Source: Podarcis melisellensis (Eukaryota). Taken from it: 64,000 nucleotides of DNA. The translations under genes and the position numbers were made by a program. The stretch's first letter is position 1; each line of letters opens with the position of its first letter. The notes beneath the pieces are model-generated. The model ran no database searches and was not told the origin of the DNA. It saw only the letters and a list, made by a program, of their open reading frames with translations. The stretch lies in the NCBI GenBank assembly GCA_964234715.1, contig OZ174280.1, one strand, 5' to 3'. This document shows positions 1 to 11,320 of the stretch, in pieces.

Positions 1-510
1 GTAGGGACACACATACACTGAGGCTGTGGATATAAGGCACAGGCAGACAAACTGCAGCACAATTTGGGCCTGGTTACGCAATTTGTTGATTTATTATTTA
101 ACGTGCCAAGATCTCAGCTTTCTGCCTAGTCAGCACTCAGGCCTGCATGCCTGCCCACCCCTTTCACACATTAAGCTGCTGCCTGCCCTCCCTGGTTCAC
201 TAACAGCAAAGGCACAACTGCAACAAGGAATGTGGGATGCAGGTGGAGGGAGCACACTGGCTGCACAGATGCTGCATCATGCCCTGCATGGTCTCCTGCA
301 CTTACAACACGTGAGACTAAGCATGATGAAAAGGAAGTGGTATTACATGTGCAGTATTACATGTTCTAAATGTTGCTTTTGAACTAATCCTGCCCAGAGA
401 TGCCAAAGGTCCACTGCCCCAAAATACTGATTATCTGTCTTAAATTGATTTTGCTCCTAGCAACTCCAGTTGAAATGCAAATACTGTACAGATGTGCGCA
501 CAAGTCTCTA

Positions 511-777
<267 letters not shown>

Positions 778-867
778 TCAGGGGTAAAGCACATGCTTTG
801 TAGGCAAAAAGGTCCATCTCCAGCATCTCAAGATGAAAAAGCTCAAGATGGGATGTAATATTCATTT

Positions 868-1040
868 GTTGTACTTACATCCCACTTTCCCCTCGTTTAA
901 CTCCTCCCCCCGGTGAGGTAGGTTAGGCTCAGAGGCAGTGATTGGCCTAAGGTCACTCAGGGAGCTTCATGGTCAAGTAGTGATTTGAGCCCTGGTTTCC
1001 CCCATGTCCAGTCTGAGGCTCTGAACCACTATATCACATC
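868..1040 (-). mobile_element. MIR/CORE-type SINE remnant
   Basis: gtgaggtaggttaggctcagaggcagtgattggcctaaggtcac...gatttgagccctgg; same family as 56723-56942. Confidence 0.7.
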
Positions 1041-1558
1041 AAGGGAAGACCTCTTCTACCTGGCACACTGGGCTAGATGGACAAATAGTCTTAGTACAAG
1101 GCAATTTCCTGTGCTTCAAGCCAGTGGAAAAGGAGCTTCAAAACCCTTAAGAAATGCAGAGATTTCCCCCAAGTGTCATATTCTGGGTGGGGAGAAAGCT
1201 GCCCAGAGTGTGGCATGGAATCCCAGTCCTCTCCTGCAGGAGGAGCCCTATACTCACCGGATAGTTGTGTATGAAGCTCCTAGGACACACCTTTGTCTGT
1301 GGGGACAAAGTTGCATCCCGGAACTAGCAGGACACAGCACTGCAATTCCCACCACACACAAACACACACACCAGTGCTATGCCAGAGCACTGGGCTTAGT
1401 ACCGGCTGGGGGCAGGGAATCAGTCCTACCCTGCTATTTGCAACACTGCACACGCTCTAGCCCCAGACAGTGTCAGGGCCAGGACTGTCAGCAAATGCAA
1501 TGCAGAGTGGGTCCTATCTCTCTTGTGCTGCATGCACCCTTCCCCGGCCAATACTCAC

Positions 1559-1715
1559 CTCCTCCATTGCGATAGCAGAGGTAAGGGAAGCGCCATACAT
1601 TGCCAAGCCCAACAGCGTAGCCAACGCTCGTGAGAACAAACTCGATCTGGTTGCCCCAGTTGCCACGCTTGAGGTTCTCGTCTCGCTTAGCCGTCTCGCC
1701 AGGCACAGCACCATT
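1559..1715 (-). CDS. SLC6A9: SLC6A9/GlyT1 first common coding exon (TM1, SLC6 signature)
   Basis: 157 nt encoding [52 protein letters not shown](G). Acceptor cttctggcag| (AG at 1716-1717, phase 0) and donor |gtgagta (GT at 1557-1558). Confidence 0.98.
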
Positions 1716-2461
1716 CTGCCAGAAGAGGACAGTCAGTTATTGCAGGTAGGGGAATGGCAAGAGGGTGGGCGGAGGTAAGTTATCCTATTCCTTCCTTCTG
1801 GGTCTCCCCTACTGTCAATCCTGTAAGGTCTTCCCACAAAAAGAGGGGCTTTAGAAGGGGCAACAGGCAGATAACAAAACAAGTCATATGGATGGGGACA
1901 CACACACACAAACACACACCCTTCTGCAACTTTGGATGCTTGCGCTGCTGGTGGTTTAAAGTCACTCCCCTTCCCCAGCTGGAGGCAAAGCAGGCAGGGG
2001 GCGGAGAGTTTGATTATGCTAAGGGGGCTGCTACCCCCTGCCTGCCCAGATGAATAGTCCTGGGTCAGGCTGTAGGGAAGCTGGCAGCTGCAGCCCATAC
2101 AAAGCAGGCATAAGAGGAGTCAGCACAAAGGAGCCTCTGTGCCTGTTCCCTCTGCCTGCCTACTGATGGAGCACAAGAGGCCACAGGAAAGGCAAGCAGA
2201 TCCCTTTACCCACTGGCAGGGAAGCTAAGCCCATCAGGGCATCAGAAAAGCCCTGCTGGACCACACCAAGCCCCACCTAACCCAGCATACTGCTTCCATC
2301 AGTGGCCAGAACAATTGCTTTGGGAAGCCCACAAGCCAGGAGGGGGGCTTCATGAAGATACCTGTTGATTTGTCCCTGGCACCTGATATTTACAGATTTA
2401 TCTGAATCATTTATGTCATTACTTCATGAATGAACTCTCCATGTGGAGGTTTCATTTAAGC

Positions 2462-3148
2462 CAAAGGTTTTCAACCTTCTTGAGTCCATGGCTCCCTTGA
2501 CCAACTACGTTTTTTCTGTGGCACCCCTGTGGGGCTCAGGAGCCCAGTTATGTCACCCCTTGCTTGCAGAGCTGGCAGCCTCACACACTTTTTTGAACAC
2601 CCCCCCCCTTGTGGAGTGTTCCCTCAGCCTCCTCTCCGCTCCCCTCTCCTTGGGAGTCCTCCAGGCAGCACCTTAAATTGGGAGGCAGCAGTGGCTGCAG
2701 CAGGAGCCGCTGGGCCTACATGGCAGATAGGCTCCCCTTCAGCACAGGGCACTCGGATCCCAGGCAAGCCTTGGAAACAGCAAGAACAAGAAAGGCCAGC
2801 GCAGTACCTGCCTGCCTGCCTGGCCTCCCAATTGTCTGTCCATTCCCAACAGCAAGGGCTGGCGGACTGGCTGGCTGGGCTCCCTCATCCACTTGCTTGC
2901 TTACTCCGAGGCTGCCTCAGCTCCTGGCAACCAACACCTCCTGGCCAGCCCCACAGGCACCAGTTGCCTGGGGAGCTTGTAGCCAGGGCTCCAACAAACA
3001 GCTATGCAAGCCTTTGGGAGGTAGATGTGAAAGGGCATCAGAGGAGGGAGGGAAAGAAAGAGGGACAGAGCCCAGTGTTGCCCGCAGCACCCCTGACCGT
3101 CATTCAAGACACCCCAGGGTGCCACAGCACACTGGTTAGAAACCACTG
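2462..3148. mobile_element. Non-autonomous hAT DNA transposon
   Basis: Imperfect TIRs caaaggttttcaacc / ggttagaaaccactg and a perfect 8-bp TSD ATTTAAGC (2454-2461, 3149-3156). Confidence 0.88.
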
Positions 3149-5150
3149 ATTTAAGCCATTGTGACCGACTGCTGTTGAGACTTCGCATCCGGTAATTATT
3201 TATCGCCCTTTATAAAGCCCTATAAGCCAGTGACCATTACTGTATCCTGTGACAGGGAATGCCCAATGCTAACTATGTTTTGTGTGAAGAAGGAACAGAA
3301 ATATACTCGTGCTTGTTCCTGGCAATCTCAGGAGGAAAACTGGATCCTCTCTTTGGCTATTGGTAGCTAATTCAGAATATACCCATTGAGCGTACAGTCT
3401 ATGGATGTTTACATGGCATCACTAAATTGCCCTTTTATAGATGTTAAGTCCCTTTTATACTCACAATAAAAGTGGGGAAATTACTATATCTGACCTGTCA
3501 GCCCATAAGTGAGAGCTGTTCTATTAATAACATATAATGGTACACGGACTACAGGCAACTCCCCGTTTGCATGAGGATTGAGTTCCGGGTCATGCGCATG
3601 TCAGCGGTCACACGTAAGCCTGTTCCACCCCCACCCCCATCTGGGGCCAAAAACAACATATGCACCAGCAAATTTGGGTTGCACAGTTATAACTTGTGTG
3701 ACAAGCCAGCTTCTTCCCTGTAAGACTGGAAACTGGTGGGAAGAATACACTAGAGAGTGGAGAGGGTGTGGAGAGAAACACTTGCTTTGACGCAATGTCA
3801 TCTAATCTCCCCCAAAACAATTCTGAACCAATGGTCATTAAATAGCCAATGTTATCTCCCTGCAAACAAATCAGGGCGAATGCTTAGTAAACAGGTCATC
3901 TGGAAGGAAGTGCCCACGGTGTGTCTATCTGTGACAAAGGCTGGTTATTGGCTGTAGTAAAAGGATATCACCAGCAGAGGGAGCCTCAGTCCTCCTTAAT
4001 CATACCGAGTAAGTTTAAGGTCTGTCAGAGAAAATAAATGATACTAAAAAATCTTGGCCCATCACCCTAGAGTTCCCCTTCCGAATGTGTCCAATGCTAG
4101 CCCAAGCCTTAGACAGGCCCCCAGTTTCTCTATCCCCTAAGGGGCAGGGGGGAAAACAGAGGCTACTAGCCGCAGCGTTGACAGAGCCAAGGTCTGAGCT
4201 ACCTTTGGAACAGTACGACTTCCAAGTGGCTGGAAGCACTCAGCCCCACACAGAAGAAGCCCAAGCACCACACAGGACAGGATGCTGTCATCAAGCGTAG
4301 CCGCTTTCCGCAGGACAAAAATGGAGCTTTTGTGCATCTAGCTCCATCCTGGCACCACCAGTTCCCTGTACTGCCCAAGGATAACAATGGCAGCCTTCAG
4401 ATCAAAGGAACGGGAGATGTGCTGTGTCAACAACAAAGCCTGGCTTCTCCTCCCTTAGAGCGGATGGGGCACATCTGGCCGTGCTCTGGAACAATATTTC
4501 TCTGGCGGCTACTGCCTGTACCTTGCCCCTTCCTCCTACTGAGAGATGGGACATCACCTGAAGATGCTTCTAGGTTCAGTTCTCCTGCATGAGACTTAAG
4601 TGATCGTTAGTTCGCTTGCCTACGTACTTGAGGGGTAAATCAGAATTTGAAGTAAGTTGGGTCAGCAATTTGCAAAGACTCTCCTCTGTCAACTGCCACT
4701 TGTAAAATTATTAACATCTTATTAAGAAAATTTCAGTTATATAGAGAAAATAAAGTGATAAAAGAGAAGGGAGCGAGAGAAGAACAAATAAAAAAGCAAA
4801 AAATTAAAATATAAGAAAAGACATAGGATACACTAAATATAATCAGCTATACTACCATACATTATTATATAGATATTACAGTACTATTATTGTCCAAATA
4901 CATATATGATTATTGATAATCTACTATATTCTGTATAATCTCATTCCAAATGCCAATATATTTCACCTATTATTCATAAGCAATTAAATAAACCATGACA
5001 GAGCTGCTTTTTTCCAGTTGAAGGCGTCAATAAGTCAATAAGCGAAGATTGGGAGCAAGGCGATGCAGCTGGCGCATCCTAGAATCCCTTGGTTATACGG
5101 ATGGATGATCAGCCCTGTGCTAGCAGCTTTTGCATCTTGACTGTTTAAAG

Positions 5151-5260
5151 CAGGGGCAGGGAAACTTGTGGCCCTCCAGACACTGCAGGGCCGAACTTCC
5201 CACCATCCTCAACCAGGGATGCTGCGGTTTGTAGTTCAGCCACAGGTTTCCCCAACCCTG
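5151..5260. mobile_element. Palindromic hAT-type MITE (degenerate)
   Basis: cagggg..gaaacttgtggccctccaga ... cacaggtttccccaaccctg, with gtttaaa on both flanks. Confidence 0.7.
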
Positions 5261-6130
5261 GGTTTAAACCTCCCCAACCCAATGCTGCTGCTTCTCATGA
5301 GGGTCTAAAGCATTTCCTTTTATCTTCTGAGAAACTCACATTGGCTCCTGTGGTTTGCACCTCACACCCAGCCAGTGATCCCTCCAGTTGCTGGTGTGTT
5401 AGGAAGAGGGTGCTGCAATTGAGTGCTTATGGGATAGGTCAGCTTTACTACAGGAAGGGAGAAAACAGGGTATTGTAAAGAAAAAAGTGGGTGTCCTAGG
5501 AAAGGAGCACTTGGCCTCTGTGGACCCTCCCTCCTGTTCATGGCTGGGGATCCAGCAGCAGCCTGCCCCTGCCCCATGTTCCAGGATGCTTTGCTGGGGA
5601 GGATGTTGCTCCCTGAGCCCCACTACTTCTCAGGAGCTCTGAGATGAACAGGCTGCCAGCAGGAGTCTTTTGCAGGAGCCTCTCCTGTGGATGCACCTCC
5701 TTTGCTCTCCCCCTGGTGCACGCAGCACACTCCACGTAGGCGCACGTGGCTGCCCGCTGATCGCAAACAATTGCTGTGAGCACTCAGCAAATGGAAGCCG
5801 TCATTTCAGCTTTGCCTCCTGCCACTGGGATGGGAGGGGGCTGGCAGCCGGCGAGTTGTGCACCTAACCGTGTCATTCAATTAGAGCCAGCAGCCGCTCT
5901 GGCACAGAGCTGCCAAGGAGCCATCTGCTGCGCTAACTGGGGGGACTGGCAGGGTACGGGAGAGCCACGCCTGCTAGAAGTGACCTCTGCTGTGAGCCCT
6001 GGCCATGGAAGCCGGAGTTGGGATTGTGGCATCACGGGGACTCAGCGGCAACCTAAAGGATCACCTCCAAGCATCTCCATGTTCTGCAAGGGACAGGGAG
6101 ACCCTGCACACAACCTGTCTCAAAAGAAAA

Positions 6131-6286
6131 GACTGCACACACAATACATTTATAGCACACACCCCCAAAGAATCCTGGGAGCTGTAGTTGGTTAAGGGTA
6201 CTGTGAAGTGTAGCTCTATGAGGGGCAAACTACACTTCCCATTATCCTTAGGGGGGGTGTTTTAAAAGTATGGTATGTACACAGCC
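6131..6286. mobile_element. Palindromic MITE, Harbinger-like; related copy at about 18578-18693
   Basis: Imperfect terminal and internal inverted repeats (gactgcacacac..catttatagcac / gtgttttaaaag..gtacacagcc). Confidence 0.55.
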
Positions 6287-7045
6287 AAAGGTATACATTT
6301 GCCAGTGGCAAGCAGGGAGTAATACCACATCCTAATATCCTTATCCCAGTCTTTCTCTGTATTCTTCACATCCACCCTTGACACGAGGGAGGCTTGAAGT
6401 CATTTCCCCATGATAAGTGGAGTCTTGGAGGGGCAAATGCAAAGAGGGAAAATCAGCAACACTTTGCACACACAGAATGCATCCCAACCATAGTTGCAAG
6501 ACAAGGGAGTTAGGCCAAGAGACAATCCTGCATCATGGCAACGTTTGACCCAGCAGTTCCAAGGGCTGCTCTTATGGGGGATGTTTGTGTTTTAGGGGCA
6601 GAGAATCTGGCACTTTTGAAGAGCTGTGGCACAATATGACCTTTAACAGATGTTGCCTCTCCTCCATCAATTCTGAAATGAGAAACAGAATATGAACAGA
6701 GCCCCAGAGCGTTCCAAGACTAGCAGTGAGATACATGTATTTATGCATATTTGTCCCAAGGTTTCTCTGCATGTTTGTTTACAGAAAAGCATGTGTGTAA
6801 CTGTTACATACCTGCACATATACATGTGTATACATGCACCTAGCTATGTGCAAATAACCTTGCAGGGTTTGCTTACAGAGGGATAAGGTTGATGGCCTGA
6901 GCATTGCCAGCAACTTTCCCTTGGTGCCTTTTGGCTGAAGGCTAAACCAGCCCTGCCACATGGGGTCTTTAATATGGGTGGCTACTCTTAACCAAACAGC
7001 CTTCTCCCCCCAGATACAGTCAAGCTGTTACTGCATAAATGCAGC

Positions 7046-7600
7046 TTCTGGAGGGGCAGTTCTGTTAATCTGTTGCAGCAAAACCAACAAAGTGCCTTGT
7101 GGCATCTTAAAGACTGAACCAATTTATTACGACACTAAGTATTATCCTCATTTGGTACTGTAAATACACCACACACTCACACTGTGCATAGCAAGAAGAA
7201 GAAAAAGGACAATCAGTGGAGCGGAATGGCAATAAAATGCAAAAAGTACATGCAAAGACTGATTTGAACTTAAATGGGGATGGGAAGAGCAGCAGCATTC
7301 ACAACAGCAGTAACTAGTAAAAATACAACCATCCTAGCATTGTTAATTAGCAAACTGTACTGGGACATGAACCACTGTGTCGATTTATGCCCAAACGGAT
7401 ACAAGAAAACTTCTTAATAAGTTCTGATTCAGTCCTTTCAGCTGCTGACATCTCTCTTTAACATTTCCATGTTGAAGAGAAGCAGCTTCCAGGTCAGCAG
7501 TGGAGTGTGTCGGAAGAATTAAAAGTTCGCTCAGTGGATTCTGATAAAAAGGCAGGTATCTCACCATATCAGACCTGGGCTAGCAGCTCCAGTCCACTTG
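7046..7600 (-). mobile_element. Penelope-like retroelement remnant (GIY-YIG C-terminus plus pLTR)
   Basis: Minus-strand peptide NPLSELLILPTHSTADLEAASLQHGNVKER resembles the PLE GIY-YIG tail (KPVxEHFNLPGHSxxDL). The pLTR motif gcagcaaaaccaacaaagtgccttgtggcatcttaaagact is at 7075-7115. Confidence 0.75.
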
Positions 7601-8190
7601 GATGATGGTGTATGTGTAATTTTATCTCAAAGAGTCCCTACAAAGACAATCTGAGGAATTTGGAGTAATAACAGGTTATTCCACTCCTGGCTTTAGTGGC
7701 AAGTTTCCTATTAAGGTTCTGGGTCTGTACCCACCTGAAGGAAGCTTCTTTCTTTGGCTTTGTAAGATGTGTGACACAATGGACAGCAGAGGCTCCTCAG
7801 TGCTTTTCCACTTAGACCAATAGGCCTTTCACCAGGGCACAGCAGGGAATCTGGGGCAGAGAGAGGAAGTGCTAGCACCCCCTCCCTTTCTCTCACCCGC
7901 GGAAGCAGGGAGTCCAGATGCTGTAAATCAAGCAACGAGTGCGTTCCCAGCTCCCCTCCCGCTCTGCCCCCCATTCCTTCTGCATTGATCGAGTCCTTGC
8001 CGGGCGCTTGCGGCCATTCATGTTCCCTGAGCATGGGCTCGGGACGAGATGTTCAGGCGGCAGCCACATGTGACCGCGTGGCACGTTCGCTGGCGCAGCT
8101 AATGGGGTTGCCAGCCTGGCTACAACAGCACTTTGCAAGGAATTGGATACACAGCCTGGTAGCCTTCCCCATAAGAAGTCATAACGGTGC

Positions 8191-8293
8191 AGTAGCTGTG
8201 TCAGGCTGTTGCAGCAAAAACAGCAAGAATATTGCGGCATCTCAAAGACCTGTGGAATAGAGTCCACGTTATCAGATGCATGAAGCGTTATCC
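8191..8293 (-). mobile_element. Penelope pLTR remnant with broken hammerhead
   Basis: gtagctgtgtcaggctgttgcagcaaaaacagc...gcatctcaaagac. The minus strand reads gcat-ctgataa-c-gtggac-tcta-ttccac with the GAAA segment missing. Confidence 0.7.
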
Positions 8294-9929
8294 TGCATTT
8301 GCTGTGGTGGTGGGGGTCTCTTTCTGAGTGCATGTATGTATATCAGCTGTGTCTGCATGCCACAATAATGCTGTTGGAAGCGGAGTTCTGATTTGTTACC
8401 ATGAAATAAACCAAAAATGTAAAGCCAAGAACAAAAGTTGACTGCTGTTCACAACTTCCCAAAAATAAATATCCCATGAATACGTTTGTGTGTTTTTTTA
8501 TACTAAATCTTTGTCAAATCGCTGTACAAATCGGTGTATATGGCCAACACACAAATCCTCTCACTAATAATTAGTAAACTAATTAACAATGTGGTAAGAT
8601 GAGCTACTGTTGCTCGATTCTGGCACAGGTGAGAGAACTGAACTTTTCATAAATTACAGTTCAGCAGTTTCACGCTGGAAGTCTCCCTCTGAAGTTCCTT
8701 TGCTCAAGAAGGCCAGTAACAGTGATCTGGGTGGTTGAAGTGTTCTCTCCCCCCCCCCCCGGTGGTTTCTGAATAGGGTGGCAGTTTATGATGTTCTAGT
8801 ACTGTAACATGAAGCTCCAGGGTATCACACAACACAACTGCCTCTATCCTTTATATTCTACTTGTGCCAGCTTGACATTAAAGAATGACTCTACACCATT
8901 AGGCTGTGAAGAAAAATGGTCATAGTTCGTCCTACCAGTTCAGCTGCCCTAGCTGGTACACAGTTTTCCATGGAGCAGCATCTCAAGAGTAAGGGCAGCA
9001 CTATAGTTGGCTGCAGGTCAGATCCTCCATGGCTGACTTCTTAAAGCATGCTGCTCACTCTGAGTAGCCTAATCCAACTTGAATTGCAAAGCGAGCACTA
9101 ATGAGGCTTCTGTTCTGCTTAATTAATGGGAGCTCAGTTCACTCTGGCCACGTGGTGGTCTATTGGGCAGAGAACTCCCAACAGGAGCTCAAAGAGAAGG
9201 CTGGAGTGAAACTCATGGAAGTAGCCCATTGACTTGGGCAACTCCCAGCATACACTGCTGCTTCTTAGCATGTTAGGATCAAGCCACTCTTTGGAAACTT
9301 TGGACTATTTCATTTCACCTCCCTGAGGAGGAAATGTAGGGAATCAGTCCTCCACTGCTTCTGTTACTACTACTTAGAGGGAGGTGAGTACCGAGGCTAA
9401 TCCTCCGTTACCATTGCCTTTCCTTCAGCCACTGGAAGAAACTACCAACCCTGCCATTTGGGGGCAGGCAAGACAAGCAGTGGCTATAGCAGGGCAGGAA
9501 TGGGCCACACATTCCCTTATTAGAGGAAGACATGTGAATTAGTTCCCACAGTGAGTCAGAAATTAAATCAGTTGACTTTTCATGAAGGAAAACTATCTTG
9601 GTAAGAAAACAGGTATTTTGCGGGTCTGGCCAAATCATGAATTGGTGGCAGCAATTTTACCTGTCGCACACAGACAGAATGTTTCACTGTTTGGAAGATT
9701 TATAATGATATCCTCCCAGAACAAGGGCTGATTTAAATCAGTGCTTTAAATAGTTTCCAGCTTTCTAATTCATGTATTTACTCAGCAAGTGTATATACTA
9801 AACAGATGAAAGTCAATGAAATTCTATATATTTTATACTAAATTCTGCCTCAGCTTTATACTACTACCTAGGAGCATATATGGTCATGCAGCTTTCAATG
9901 GTGAAGTTAATTATTCTGTTTGGCATTCT

Positions 9930-10078
9930 TTCTATACATATGTGTGTATCTGAAGAAGTGTGCATGCGCACGAAAGCTCATACCAAGAACTAACTTAGTT
10001 GGTCTTTAAGGTGCTACTGTAAGGAATTTTTTCTTGTTTTGACTATGGCAGACCAACACGGCTACCTATCTGTAACTG
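9930..10078 (+). mobile_element. Penelope solo pLTR (well preserved)
   Basis: ...ctgaagaagtgtgcatgcgcacgaaagctcatacc...gttggtctttaaggtgctact...cagaccaacacggctacc, typical of sauropsid PLE termini. Confidence 0.85.
9946..9983 (+). ncRNA. Minimal type I hammerhead ribozyme motif
   Basis: Stem I GUAU/AUAC; core CUGAAGA (9950-9956); stem II GUGUG..CGCAC; GAAA (9972-9975); palindromic loopless stem III AGCU. Predicted cleavage after CUC at 9979. Confidence 0.8.
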
Positions 10079-10888
10079 TCACTTACTTGAATACTTTTAT
10101 ACAGAACTTTCCAGAAACAAGGGCTGGTAGTTACTGTATAGAAGAGCACTGTTTCTCCGTGGTTATTTTAATTTGTTTTTTAACATTATTTTGTTTTCCC
10201 CCCATTTTGCCAGCAGGACTCCCCTGTAACAGGCTCTCATCACATTGCCAGGGCATGCAGCAATACAGCCTGCTCACGCATTCCTACCCAAGGCCTGCCA
10301 AGCCTCCTCAGGAAGCATCCAGCAGCTCATTCATCCTCCAGACCCAAGGGCATAAGAACCTCCTGGAAGGGGGGGGCAGAATAGGAGAAGAACCATGTAT
10401 GGGGGGAAAGTTCCACACACCTTTCTATACTTGTGGAAGAGGATTCCATTTGGATCAGACATAAGAAAGTGATTCGTAAATTAAAAAATAGCAGCAGCAA
10501 CAACAACCCTGGTCCAACAAACCAAAGAATAAGCTATAAGAACACAGACTCCTGCCTCTTCCCTTTTCTCTTCCTTAATTCAACATTTCCTTGTTTCCTG
10601 AAAGAGTTTCCAACAATATATGAACTAGGAAATGATCATTTGAGTGATCCCTGTCAAGGAGGTTAACAAACCATGGACTGCTATCCTGGTTTGTAGGGAT
10701 CATTCAAACCACATTTTCTTAGTTTGGACATCATGGTTCGGATGCCACCAGTTTAATAACTTAAGTAGTACTGAATTAAAGTCCATGTGGGATAAAAATG
10801 AAAAGTCTAAAGCAAGCTGGTAGGCAGACACACACACTTTCATTATCAGTTTATGATTCCAAGCTTCTGTTCTGACTTTGTACTTGGC

Positions 10889-11320
10889 AGTTCTAGAGTG
10901 GCATCTGTCTTAGCCTATTGCAGCAACAACAAAAGGGTCTTGTGGCATCTTAAAGGACAACAAATTAATAAAGGGAATTACGGCATAAACGTTTGTGGAC
11001 TACAGTTGATTTCATCAAGTACATAAAGTTGCAGGTATATCTTCACATGGTTATTTGGGGGGGAGGGTTTTGAAGAATTGCAAATGCTGATGCCAGAGGT
11101 AGTAATGAATTGTGTAATTAACAGTGGTAATTTACAAAACATTTGTTGCTGATAACACAGAAACCCTGACATCTGTAAGCTAGGTTGCACGCAGAGTGTG
11201 ATAAACAAATAAGCAATGTCCCAAATTTCCAATTCAGTCAACAAATTATAGCATTGAACCTCTTGATGAATTCAGTGGTTTTACACTGCAATTTCTCTTT
11301 AAAGCTCTGTGATGTCCTTG
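10889..11320 (-). mobile_element. Penelope-like element 3' remnant with mutated hammerhead
   Basis: pLTR motif at 10895-10960. The minus strand of 10981-11022 reads uUGAUGA-a-aucaac-ugua-guccac-aaac-guuu-augc, with core substitutions. Confidence 0.72.

Noticed and set aside
2529-3149. 206-aa and 176-aa ORFs
   Set aside because: They lie within a non-autonomous hAT element and show no transposase motifs.
6900-6945. KGTKGKL peptide resembling mammalian GlyT1a MVGKGAKGML
   Set aside because: No suitable ATG or donor; the convincing 1a exon is at 35147-35176.
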